Shown here in pieces: positions 1 to 11,678 of a stretch of DNA of 16,351 nucleotides. This DNA comes from Piromyces finnis finn (lineage: Eukaryota; Fungi; Neocallimastigomycota). Under the pieces are notes generated by a model that saw only the letters and a program-made list of their open reading frames with translations, made no database searches and had not been told where the DNA came from. Location: the NCBI GenBank assembly GCA_002104945.1, contig MCFH01000211.1, forward strand, positions 1-16,351, in the 5' to 3' direction. Made by a program: the position numbers and the translations under genes. The stretch's first letter is position 1. Every line of letters begins with the position of its first letter.

Positions 1-2887
1 AATGTAATCTTTACAAGATTAGACAAAACACAAACAATGTATACCTCGGAAAAAAAAGAAAAAGTGTTTTGCAGCCTTCAAAGACAAACTAGCTTTTATG
101 GAAAGTTAAAAGAAAATAAAAAGTTATATTCAGGGTGGTTCACCTGTAAGCATTCTCTAAAGAATTTCTTTAAAAAAGTTATTAATTTTTAATAAGATGA
201 ATGTTATATAATTAATGATTAATGAAAATTAGTTCCTTTATCTATATTGTTATTTTTTTTAATTAAGCTAAAAGTATATATTTCAACCAAAATCCATTCT
301 TATGATTAATATCATATACCATTCATCGATATTATTTAGTTATTTTTTTTTAATTATATTTAAAATCTATCTTTTTTTATTAATTCTCAAAATTTCTTTT
401 ATTATAAAAAGGTATTATTATACTATAATCATATAATCAAATTAAATATATAATTTATCATAAAATATGTAAAATTATTTAACCTTATTATTATAATATA
501 ACCTTTTACTTAAAATTATAATTCTTTTTTTTATGTATTATGTGTATTTATTAAATATTCTTCTTTTATATATCATAGGATAAAATGTATAACTATATTA
601 TTAATTACAATCTATAATTCATTGTAATTAATAAATAATAATAATATTGTTATTTTTGTGAACATTTAAGGACACATATTTCTATTTTTATATCATATAT
701 TTATGAATGCACGTGATAGCCGTATGAAAATGTAAACATGTATTAAAAGTGTTGTAATCAAATATCTACGTGTTTTAGAGAGAGTTATTTTTTTATTTAT
801 TTTATTTTTGATATAAAATAATAGGTGACTTTGAACCTATTATTATATTATTATATTATATCGTTTTTATTATAATATAAATTATTTCTACAATGTGTAA
901 GAATGTAATACAAATGTATGACCAATGTAAGAACATGTAATGTAAAATAATAATGTAAACGTATAATCCATATAATTCCATCCTTATCATTAAATAATTA
1001 GTTATTAAGTAAGCCTCGTTAGTATAAATAAATTAGGGAATAATTATTATTAAGAAGGCTTCTTGTTTTTAGTAAAAATTTAATGGTTAACAACGACAAC
1101 GACAGAATTAACGTTTTAGTATTTAGGCAGAATAGAAATATTGAAATGTAATAAATAAAGTTATTTTATTTTTTTTATTAAAATAAAATAACTGTCGTCA
1201 CTAATTAAAAAAGAATGGAAAATAACTTTTTTTAATACTTTATTGTTAATATTATCCTTAAATTTTTACTTATCACAATTTTCTTTTCTTTCTTTTTTCT
1301 TTTTTCTAGTTTAATACTATTACCAATATTAGTTTTTTTTTTATTTATTTTGGTTATTATAATATTAAACTTTTTAAACTTTTCTTTTTATTAAAAAGAA
1401 AATATATCATTTATTTTTTTTTTTTTATCTATATATATAATAATAAAATATTTTATTATATTATAGTAAAAAAAAAAAAAATTAAATGATTAATATTTCT
1501 TTTAAATAAAAAGAAAAGTTTAAAAAGTTTAATATTATTTAATAACCAAAATAATAAAAAAAAAACTAATATTGGTAATAGTATTAAACTAGAAAAAGAA
1601 AAAAAGAAAGAAAAGAAATTGTGATAAGTAAAAATTTAAGGATAATATTAACAATAAAGTATTAAAAAAAGTTTTTTCCATTCTTTTTTAATTAGTGCGA
1701 CAGTTATTTTATTTTTAATAAAAAAAATAAAATAACTTTATTTATTACATTTCAATATTTCTATTCTGCCTAAATACTAAAACGTTAATTCTGTCGTTGT
1801 CGTTGTTAACCATTAAATTTTTACTAAAAACAAGAAGCCTTCTTAATAATAATTATTCCCTAATTTATTTATACTAACGGGCTTACTTAATAACTATTAT
1901 TTAATGATAAGGATGGATTATATGGATTATACGTTTACATTATTATTTTACATTACATGTTCTTACATTGGTCATACATTTGTATTACATTCTTACACAT
2001 TGTAGAAATAATTTATATTTATAATAAAACGATATAATATAATAATATTAATTAGGTTCAAAGTCACCTATTATTTTTATATCAAATAAAAATAAATAAA
2101 AAAATAACTCTCTCTAAAACACGTAATATTATGATTACAACATTTTAATACATGTTTACATTTTCATACGGCTATCACGTGCATTCATAAATATATGATA
2201 TAAAAATAGAAATATGTGTCCTTAAATGTTCACAAAAATAACAATATTATTATTATTATTAATTACAATGATTATAGATTGTAATTAATAATAGTTATAC
2301 ATTTTATCCTATGATATATAAAAGAAGATATTTTATTATAAATACACATAATACATAATAAAAAGAATTATAATTTTAAGTAAAAGGTTATATTATAATA
2401 ATAATGGTTAAATAATTTACATATTTTATGATAAAATTATATATTTGAATTTGATTATTGATTATAGTATAATAATACCTTTTTATAATAAAAGAAATTT
2501 GAGAATTAATAAAAAAGATAGATTTAAATATAATTAAAAAAAATAACTAAATAATATCGATGAATGGTATAATGATATTATACATAAGAATGGATTTTGG
2601 TTGAAATATACTTTTAGCTTAATTAAAAAAATAATAACAATATAGATAAGGAACTAATTTTCATTAATCATTAATTATATAACATTCATCTTATTAAAAA
2701 TTAATAACTTTTTTAAAGAAATTCTTTAGAGAATGCTTACAGGTGAACCACCCTGAATATAACTTTTTATTTTCTTTTAACTTTCCATAAAAGCTAGTTT
2801 GTCTTTGAAGGCTGCAAAACACTTTTTCTTTTTTTTTCCGAGTATACATTGTTTTGTGTTTTGTCTAATCTTGTAAAAGATTACATT
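1..2887. repeat. ~1.44-kb-arm inverted repeat (palindrome) with no spacer; arms 1-1449 and 1450-2887
   Basis: Bases 1-60 (aatgtaatctttacaagattagacaaaac...) are the reverse complement of the sequence ending at 2887 (...gttttgtctaatcttgtaaaagattacatt). Matches were confirmed at several points along the arms (e.g. 700-790 vs 2100-2190, 1000-1130 vs 1770-1900). The centre is taataaaat|attttatta (1441-1458). Differences inspected were mostly 1-nt indels. Confidence 0.97.
892..958 (+). other. Cluster of ATGT(A) motifs with ~10-11 bp spacing (mirror copy at 1935-2001)
   Basis: The TGT of each motif starts at 894, 904, 915, 926, 936, 941 and 954. The cluster is directly visible; its function is unknown. 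Confidence 0.5.
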
Positions 2888-3557
2888 TATTTTAAAATTA
2901 AATTTTTTGTAATATCCTTTATAAATTTATGGGGATGAAATGACTTTTTTAAAACTCTATATTAAAATAGATTATTTGAATTTATAATATTGACTTTTAT
3001 CCTAAAACTAATACAATATCCAGATTTTAATTTGAAGAAAGTTGTTGAAATGGATATGATTTAAAAAAACTCAGAATGCCAGTCAATTGACAACTATTTT
3101 TTTTTTAAAAGATTAAAATAAATTTTAAAAAAAGTATTAAGCTTTTTTTTTTAAAAAATAATTAAAATATTAAAATAACTCATTACGAATTTATAATTGA
3201 TATTTTTTTTTCAACTCAAAGAGTAAATGAACTTTTTTTTTTTACTATTTAATTATTAAACATTATTGATTAACTATTATTTTATGAGTTATATTTATTT
3301 TATTATGTATTTATATTATGATAATAATCTTTCAACGAATTTCAAAATTAATTTCAATTTTTTGCTTTAATACTTTTATAAAATAAAATGAATAGTAATA
3401 CTATAGATTGCTATAAATTCATTATAAATTCATAATTCATATCATTCATCTTTAAGAGATTGATGATATATAACTATTAATAATATACAATAATAACTTT
3501 CATTAGAAATACCATATAAAGTTATTAACATAGTATACAATATACAATAATAATAAT

Positions 3558-3847
3558 AATACTAATATAATACTAATACTAATACTAATACTAATACTAA
3601 TACTAATACTATACTAATACTAATACTAATACTAATACTAATACTAATACTAATACTAATACTAATACTAATACTAATACTAATACTAATACTAATACTA
3701 ATATAATACTAATACTAATACTAATACTAATACTAATACTAATACTAATACTAATACTAATACTAATACTAATACTAATACTAATACTAATACTATACTA
3801 CTACTAATACTAATACTAATACTAATATAATAATAATATAATACTAA
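3558..3847 (+). repeat. (AATACT)n hexanucleotide microsatellite, roughly 45 units with a few 1-nt interruptions
   Basis: Direct tandem aatact/actaat array flanked by (AAT)n. Confidence 0.97.
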
Positions 3848-5402
3848 TAATTTAGACAGTAATAATGATGATGACGATGATGATGAAAATTATAAGAAAT
3901 TAACATTTCAAAAGTGGACTTTTTTGTTCACATTTCCATGTGACTTGTTGATTTTTGAAAATCTTTTCTGCTAAGATTTTAATTAATTTTAGATTTTAAT
4001 TTATTTTATTCTATTGTTACATATATTAATGAATATATGTATTCTAAACTGATCAAAGTTTAGTGTAACCAATATTTTAAATTTATATTGTATAATATAT
4101 TATCAATTAAATCTAATAAATGTAATATTTAATAAAGTGAAGGTTACACCATACTCTCATTTTCTAGAAATATCAAAAAAGAAAAAAAAATGGAAAGTAT
4201 TCTTGCTGGCAAAAAACCAGCAATAATGTAAAGTTTCTTTTCTTTTTTTTTTATAGCAATAAAGGATAAAATGCGTTGAAGGAATAAAAAATAAATAAAA
4301 TGTTTTTATTATTTATATGTAGCATTTTAAAAAGTAGTATTATATTGCATTGCACATGTCTATTAAAATAAAAAGAAAAAGAAACATTCGAAAGAAAATG
4401 GAGAATGAAACAATTTTAATCCTTTTTTTATATTATTGAATGTATACTATTAAATTAAATAAATTTACTTATTTAAATTAAATGAATAAATCAACAAATG
4501 GATAAATAACTCAAAACTTTAATTAATATAAAAATTTATTAAAGTTTTTGTTTAAAAAAAATAAAAAAGAAAAATCTTTTTTTTTGTCTCTTTTCGTCAA
4601 TATGATTTAAGGGAAAAAGAAAAAAAACCAAAAAAGAGAAAGAAAAGAGAAAGGAAGAAAAAAAGCGAAAAGAAAAAGAAAAAATTAGGCATAACGAACA
4701 GGGAAAAAATATTTTTAAAGCTAAAAAAAACTAAAAACTAAAAAATGGAAAATGCATTATAAATCAAAAGAAAAAAAAAGTTAAAAAAAATGAAATAAAA
4801 AAACAAACGAAATTTGTATAAAAAAAAAAAAAACTAAATTATATATTTTTATATAATAATAAAAAAGAAAAAGAAAAAAAAGGACACTTTTATAAGAAAC
4901 TATCTTGAAATAGATTTATATTTTAAACCAATTTTTAATTGCGATACTAAATATAAATTAAAAAAAAAAGAAAAATAATTTTCAACGAAATAAAAAAAAA
5001 TAAATAATAGAAATATAAAGTTTTAAACTGTATAGAATAATAACAATTATAGTATTAACAATCATAATATTTCACTTTTAAATACTTTTAAATTTAAAAG
5101 AGGAAAAAAAAAAACAAAAACAAAATTGTATTATTAAAACTAAAGATATAAAATATATCAATAAATCATTAAAAAAAAATATATATATATAAAATAATAT
5201 TTCTTTTAATAAAAAAAAAAAATACATATATATACATAAATAATATTTTATAAATAATATTGTTTCTATTTCATAATCATATTTAATATTTATCAATAGT
5301 TATAAACTATTTAATATATATATAATACAGTAATTCAACTTATTTAATTTTTTATAAAACCAAAAATAAATAATTTAAGATATAATATCAAGAAAATATA
5401 AT

Positions 5403-7138
5403 ATGGATGCATCATCAGTATTTAAAGCATTGGTAAAAGCGATTAATAATGCTCAATACTTCACTCCAATATTTTCATGGGTGATTATAACATATACTTT
5501 TTTATCTATCGGTAAAAAAAGGGATAATAGTTGGAAATACTTATTTTTAACTACTTCTTCAGTTTTTATTGCTACCTTTTGTGATATCTTATATAATGTA
5601 TCAAAAATATTGGTATAATAATGGTTTTATACTATTAACATGGGTAGAAGGTATTTTTGGACATTAAGTGAATGGGATTTATCTATATCATTTTATTAAG
5701 AATTAAAATGTATATCCCTAATTTAAATAAAACTCGTTGGATGATCACTATGGTGCTATCTTAATATATAATCTTGTCATCCGTTTCGATTAATGTACTG
5801 GATTATAGTATGAAATTATCAAAAATTGTTGATTATAATGATCCAAAAATGATGAAAGGGTTTATACTAAAAATAAGGATATGACCTATAGGTTACTTTA
5901 CTTTCCTTTAGGATTAATATGCTTTATCTTTATTGGTTATAGCATAAAAAATTTGTTAAAGAAAAAATAAAAATATAGATCGATCCCCACAATATTTCTT
6001 CATAATACCCTATTTAGAATGAGTCTAGGTAATTTTATTATATTATTTTTATTATTAAACAAATCCAAAATTTTCAGTAATACGATGATGACGCCAATAA
6101 AAAAATTGAAATTTTAATACATACAAAATAATTGAAATATGAAATAATATATATATATCTTTTAGAAATAACTAATTAAATCAAATTTATTATTTTATTA
6201 TATTTATTCATTTTTATTAATATATATTTCGTGCGTGTATATAGTATCTTATTGTTTATAGGAATAGCTGTTATCGTTCATTTCCCATCGGAAGGTATAT
6301 GCGGCTTCATTAGAAATGTATTATGGAGAATTGAAGAAAATTTGGGATTAGTATTTTTAATTGATATTCTCTTACTACAAATGGATCAAGATAACAATAA
6401 AATGAAAAAACAAGAAGAAGAAATAAAAAGTTAAAACAACAAATGGAAAATTATGGTATTTCAATCAGGAATGATGATGAACAAGAAGCATCATCCATTT
6501 CAAAAAATAATATAACAGTCCTCTCGATTATGTTTATCACTTAACATCAATAAATCATAATGACCATCAAGAGATCGAAAAATCATTAATTTCTCCAGTT
6601 AGCCTAAACCTAATTCAAATCCATTTAATAATAATAATATTAATCAGTATGGTAACTCTCAAGGTTTTCTCCCGTATCTTAACCAAGTGAAATCATGTAT
6701 TGAATTCGAATGAGGCCAAAGCCATAATAAAGAATGGACCTTTAAACGAAAATAATTATAATTTTCTTTCTCTCTCATCCCAGAGAAACCTTTGAAAAGT
6801 GACAAAAGAAAGAATTCTAATCCTTCTTATTATATGACTAAACCACCAGAAAGTCTCTCCATAAATAATGGTTATAAAAAATATAATCATTCAAATCCTA
6901 TTTTTGATAATGAGGATGATGATCCTAATTATCATGTACACAGTGTTCTTCTGGGTAATAAGGTTTATAATAAACTTCCTTTGGCACCATCCCCAATCAT
7001 GACTACAAAAACACCAACTACTTCAAATATTTATCCACTTCACTATCTCAGAAAATGAAAGTTTTAATCGCTCAACATCAATGTTACTATCACCAACAAA
7101 AATCCTGGTAACATTATTATGGAAGTAATCTTTTATAA
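5403..7138 (+). CDS. Multi-pass (~7 TM) membrane protein with a long Asn/Ser/Pro-rich C-terminal tail; two exons, frameshifted in this sequence
   Basis: Joining frames gives MDASSVF..YFTPIFSWVIITYTFLSIGKKRDNSWKYLFLTTSSVFIATFCDILYNV / KYWYNNGFILLTWVEGIFWTLSEW / GFIYIILLRIKMYIPNLNKTRWMITM / LIYNLVIRF / INVLDYSMKLSKIVDYNDPK / DERVYTKNKDMTYRLLYFPLGLICFIFIGYSIKNLL / KEKIKYRSIPTIFLHNTLFRMSL-intron-VS/LLFIGIAVIVHFPSEGICGFIRNVLWRIEENLGLVFLIDILLLQMDQD, then a hydrophilic tail that includes the 6792-7058 ORF. This unifies track ORFs 5403, 6231 and 6792. The stop at 7136-7138 is approximate. Confidence 0.75.
6029..6244 (+). other. Probable spliceosomal intron (GT...AG) in the 7TM gene
   Basis: GTAATT donor at 6029 directly after ...RMSL, a very AT-rich interior, and TATAG acceptor ending at 6244, after which hydrophobic coding sequence resumes (one extra base is needed to stay in frame). 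Confidence 0.65.
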
Positions 7139-9216
7139 TAATTAATGCATTCCATTTATTACTATTATTATAACATAATCATAAATAACCAACTATAAGT
7201 ATATATAATGATATATAATATATGAATTAAAATTTTTAAATAATCAAAAAATTTTATTAAAAATATGTTTATATTACTATATTATAATCGTTAATACCTT
7301 TTTTTTTTTTTTTTCTTTATTTTTGATTTTTATTGTAATCCTCTGAAGTCATTTTTATATATATTTATATTACAATAAATAAATAAAAAAAATAGTAAAA
7401 AGATGGTAACAATAAACACAAAAAGAAAAAAAGAAAAAAAAAAGATTATAAATATATTTAGTATAAATTGATTTCTTATTAATTAAATAATAAAAAACCT
7501 ATTATAAAATTTTGTTCTACATAACATTTATTAATATTTATTTTTTTTTTAAAAAAAAAAAGTATTTAATTAGAAAAGAATAAAATAAAAAATTTAAAAT
7601 AAAAAAAAGATTAAAACAAAAATCATAAATTTCCTTTTACATTGTTTGAGTGCATTTTAAAATAAAAAACTTTTTAATTATTATAATAATAATATTAAAA
7701 TTCGTTGCATTTCTATGAAGCGATTTTTTTTTTTAAAAAAAAAAAAAAGATTAATTTATAGTTATATAACTTTTTATTCTTAAAGATAAGAAAAATATAA
7801 TTTATGATTATAACTTTATAAGAATAAAGAGAGAAAAAATAAAATACAAACATCTTATTTATGATAAACAAAAAAAAAACTTTTGATATAAAAAAATAGT
7901 ATGTGAGTGTAATATATTAACAAATAATTAAAAAGAAAAGGTTAGAAATAAAAAAAACTGAAAATATTGGAATGATAAAGTAGTTGACATAGTTTTGATA
8001 ATAAAGTATTTTTTACAATATATACATAACATAAAAAATAATTATATAGCCTAAAAAAAAAAAAAAATTAAATTTAAAAAAAAAGTATATGTTTCATTTA
8101 TTGCAAGTTTTTTTTTTTTTTTTTTATCTTTTATGACATTAGAAATATATATATTAAAATATATATTTAAATTTTAAAAATATAACGCTTTTTAAAAAAA
8201 TATTTTATAGATATTTAAAAAAGGCCAACGATAGTAATATAATATTGAATACTATTCAATACTATTTACTATGAAAAAATGTACATTTTCACATTTTATT
8301 CATATTATGTTTGTATTATATTTAAAAATTAATTTACATTACACTTGTTAAAAGGATAAAATCAATAAAAGTTATACTTTATAATTTTAATAATGTTAAT
8401 TGATTTATTAATTGATAATAAGTATTATGAAAGACTACATATTAGTAGTTAATTTCTTTTTTTTTTTTTTTAAAAAAAAAAAAATTTAACTAGTGTCACA
8501 AAGACACCTTTTGTTTTAAAATTGTTAAAAATACCAAAACATAAAGTAATAAAAATAAAATGTTTGATATTTTCTTATTGTAAAGCCATATTATATTTCA
8601 AAAGTATAAAAATATAATAAAAACAAAATCTTTATTAGTGGTGGATGAAAGATTTACAAAGCTAATTCATAAATAAAATAAATAATATAATCAAATTGAT
8701 GAATAAATCATCAAACATGATAGCACTGGGTAAAAATTAATATATAAATATTATAAAATCTACGATTTTTATTTATGCTTCTTTTACAAACAATTAATTA
8801 ATGAGTGAATCCTTGGAATTTGGATTTATCAATAAAACTATAAAGATTTATAGTAATGATAAAAAAATTTTTTTATTTTTTTTTAAAAAAAACTAATTAA
8901 TACATTAATACATTGATAAGAATAATGAAATATATATCTACATTATTTATTATAAATAAACATTTATTAAAATGTTTTAAGTTACTTTTTTTTTTTTTAA
9001 ATCTTTTTGCTTAATAGTATTATAAATTGATGATAGATAATAATTATTTTTTTTTTTCGATCAATAAGTTAATAGTTAATAAATGAAGAGATAATACTTT
9101 ATAAAGAATGTTAATAATGATTTGAAATAAAATATGTAAATAGGTAAGCATTAAATTAAAATGATTCTTCGATATTGGAATAAAAAAAAAAACATATATG
9201 TATTTATTATTGTTTT

Positions 9217-10730
9217 TCAAGGTTGTAAAACAATATTTAATTGGTCTTTTCTGTCTTTATGATAATAGTCTAGAATTTCTTTTCGCATATCTTCATTGGT
9301 TCTACTAATCCATTCTGAACTATTGTTGGATGCCTTAAAGAATTTCCGGAGGTAACGTTCTTTCTTTCTTTGATTACCTCCCATAATATGTAATAGAAAG
9401 CCATCTTTATTGGGTTGGAAGGTGTTAAACCATTGATGAGGTACAATGATAAATGTTCCTCTTCCTTAAATTCAATTAATACATTATTTAATGCTGTCTG
9501 ATCATCCAATCCTAATAACATTTTTGAACGATAATAAGGATAGGCCATTGCTCTTGTAAATAAATTTAAGGACCATTCATGAACACGAATAAAGAGAACA
9601 CCTGCATTCAATCCACAGCATACATCTTTTCGACCACGATAGTCAAAAGCAGCAATTAAATGAACTTTACTCATTTTTTCATCTGGTAAAATGTCTCTAT
9701 TTTAATGTTAGGGTTGGTAATAATAATATCACTATCAACCCAAACAATCCAATCATAACTATCATTTTTTAATCCTTCCATCAATTTCTCGATAATCGGT
9801 TGAAATTTCATAAAATAAATCGCACGATCTGGAATGTAATTATAAGTGCTTAGGGAGTATTCATAACCATGAATATTAGAATATTGGTAAAATTCACTCA
9901 CAGAATGTTCTTGTATCGTATTAGATTTTATATTATCATAAAATGAAACAATTGAAATTCTTTTTTTCTTTAGTTGTGCCTTTTTTACACAATGATATTC
10001 AATATGAAGGTATTTTTTTAATCCTACACACGTATCTTTAAACACTCTATCACTTGGAATGAGTGTACAATATTGTTTTCCTTCACATTTACTTTTTACA
10101 ATATCTACAGGTTCATAGCCACATCCTTCTTTTATCTTTTTATATTTTAAAAAGGCAAACGTAATAGGACAATGTTCCTTATCATTGGGATGACGACCGT
10201 AAAATGCCTTATCAATAACAATAGTATAATACTCAGGACAGGTTAAATCGTTTCCTTTCAAAACTTCAGGTCTTGACTTTGAATTAATTTGACAGAAATA
10301 TTCGGATTTCCAATGTGTTTCATTTTCTAGTTTCATATATTCATTATAATTATATTCATCGTAGTTGAATCCCCATTTTCGTTCTCTTTATTAATTAGTT
10401 GATATAAATTTCTTTTAGTACCAGTGTCAATATCTTTATTTTGGGTTATTGGACCATTTGAAATAGAATCGTTTAAAAGAACAAATCCTTTTGGTAATTT
10501 ATTTTTAGAATTGTCTATTTCAATTTTATTATTTGATTCAATGTTTTCTACATTTTCTATTTCAGCACTTTTAAATTTTATTAATGAATTAAATTTTAAT
10601 TTTTTAAATTGAATATTCCCGCCATATTTGTATAATAAGTACAAGTGATAGTGTTAAATAATACCAAAGATAAAAACTATTATAAGAAGTTTTTTTTAAA
10701 TTTTTCTTTAATTAAGACATTGGAACTCAT
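9217..10730 (-). CDS. Type II membrane glycosyltransferase family 34 (GMA12/MNN10-like) with an internal SUEL/Gal-lectin domain; frameshifted in this sequence
   Basis: ATG at 10730: MSSNVLIKEKFKK / LLIIVFIFGII*HYHLYLLYKY (TM anchor, one apparent stop). A low-complexity stem follows, then a SUEL domain, then GT34 motifs YDWIVWVDSDIIITNPNI, GLNAGVLFIRVHEWSLNLF, DQTAL and IVPHQWFN..FLLHIMGG. It ends ..EILDYYHKDRKDQLNIVLQP* (TGA 9219-9217). Adding one base at ~10690, ~10375, ~9690 and ~9450 joins track ORFs 10333-10644, 9671-10336 and 9270-9674 into one frame of ~500 aa. Confidence 0.88.
9989..10294 (-). other. SUEL-type (galactose/rhamnose-binding) lectin domain within the GT34 gene
   Basis: Eight cysteines (aa 15, 33, 56, 72, 84, 90, 103, 116 of the 221-aa ORF) with the motifs LTCP..I.IDKAFYGR, V..KCEGKQYC and F.DTC.G.KKYL.IEY.C that are typical of SUEL domains. 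Confidence 0.85.
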
Positions 10731-10991
10731 TCCTCAAATTTTAAATTAACTCTTTTCAACAATTTTAAAAATATTAAAAGTATATATATATATTTATAAT
10801 ATAACATATATTGATTTAATTGATGGTTCATGATTTATGATGATAACAGCTGAAATAGCTTAACTTTTTTTTTTTTTTTTTTAATACTACACTAATAAAA
10901 ATTGATTATACTCTGGTAATTGTTCAAAAAAAAAAAAAATAAAAATAAAAAATATAATTGATAGAATCGATATAAAAAAAAATTTTTTTAT

Positions 10992-11006
10992 GGCGGCGGC
11001 GGCGGC
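10992..11006. repeat. Isolated (GGC)5 GC island about 260 bp upstream of the GT34 start
   Basis: ggcggcggcggcggc between A- and T-tracts in very low-GC intergenic DNA. Confidence 0.9.
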
Positions 11007-11678
11007 TATTCATTATTTTATGATACATTAATGTATTTAGAAATATTTATTTATGTACATTATACAGCCTACATAATGTATGTATGTAAATATAAATGTA
11101 TTTAAATTTTAAAAGAAAAAGAGAGAGGCATTCATCAATCAACCTTTCTTTTTATTTATAAAATACAAAATATATATTTTTATTTATTTATTTATTATTT
11201 TTATTTGGTTTTAAATGATTTTTTATTAAATATGCTATTTTAAAGTTTTTGCTTATTAATAGCTTTTATTATGTATAAATATATTGATCAGTTAAAAGCA
11301 TTTGTTTACATTATTTATTTATTATAATTTTACAACTACATTATTAATAAATATTAATAAATATTTATTACATAATGATTATTAATTATTTATATTTTAT
11401 TGAATAGTAATCCTATTTTAGCTTTATATTTATATTAATTTTGTTTTTTTTATATTATTTTATATTAGTTCACCATTTTTTTTAAAAGGGTGCATATATA
11501 GAGACAGAAATATGCATAGATAAATCTGATAGAAATAGTTATCTTTCTCTATATTATTGAATTTAAAGTTTAAATTCCTTTAGTATTTATTTATTTAGAT
11601 TATTATAATATTATTTTTGTCAAAAAATATATTTTATAAAAGGTAGGTTGTAGACATATCAATCATTTATTCTACCTT

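Noticed and set aside
710-715. CACGTG E-box (mirror copy at ~2177)
   Set aside because: A single hexamer with no identified downstream gene; its duplication is due to the palindrome.
2052-2070. taggttcaaagtcaccta hairpin resembling a tRNA T-arm/B-box
   Set aside because: Does not fit the B-box consensus fully, and no A-box or cloverleaf is present.
3558-3847. (TTAGTA)n on the minus strand as a telomere-like repeat
   Set aside because: Internal, lacks G-runs and does not match TTAGGG-type repeats; treated as a microsatellite.
4203-4223. ttgctgg-caaaaaa-ccagcaa hairpin
   Set aside because: A 7-bp stem is expected by chance in 16 kb; no supporting context.
5078-5296. 72-aa minus-strand ORF (MINIKYDY...)
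   Set aside because: F/I/Y/L/K-only composition from poly-A/T DNA upstream of the 7TM gene; no motif.
10424-10612. 62-aa plus-strand ORF
   Set aside because: Antisense shadow of the GT34 stem region.
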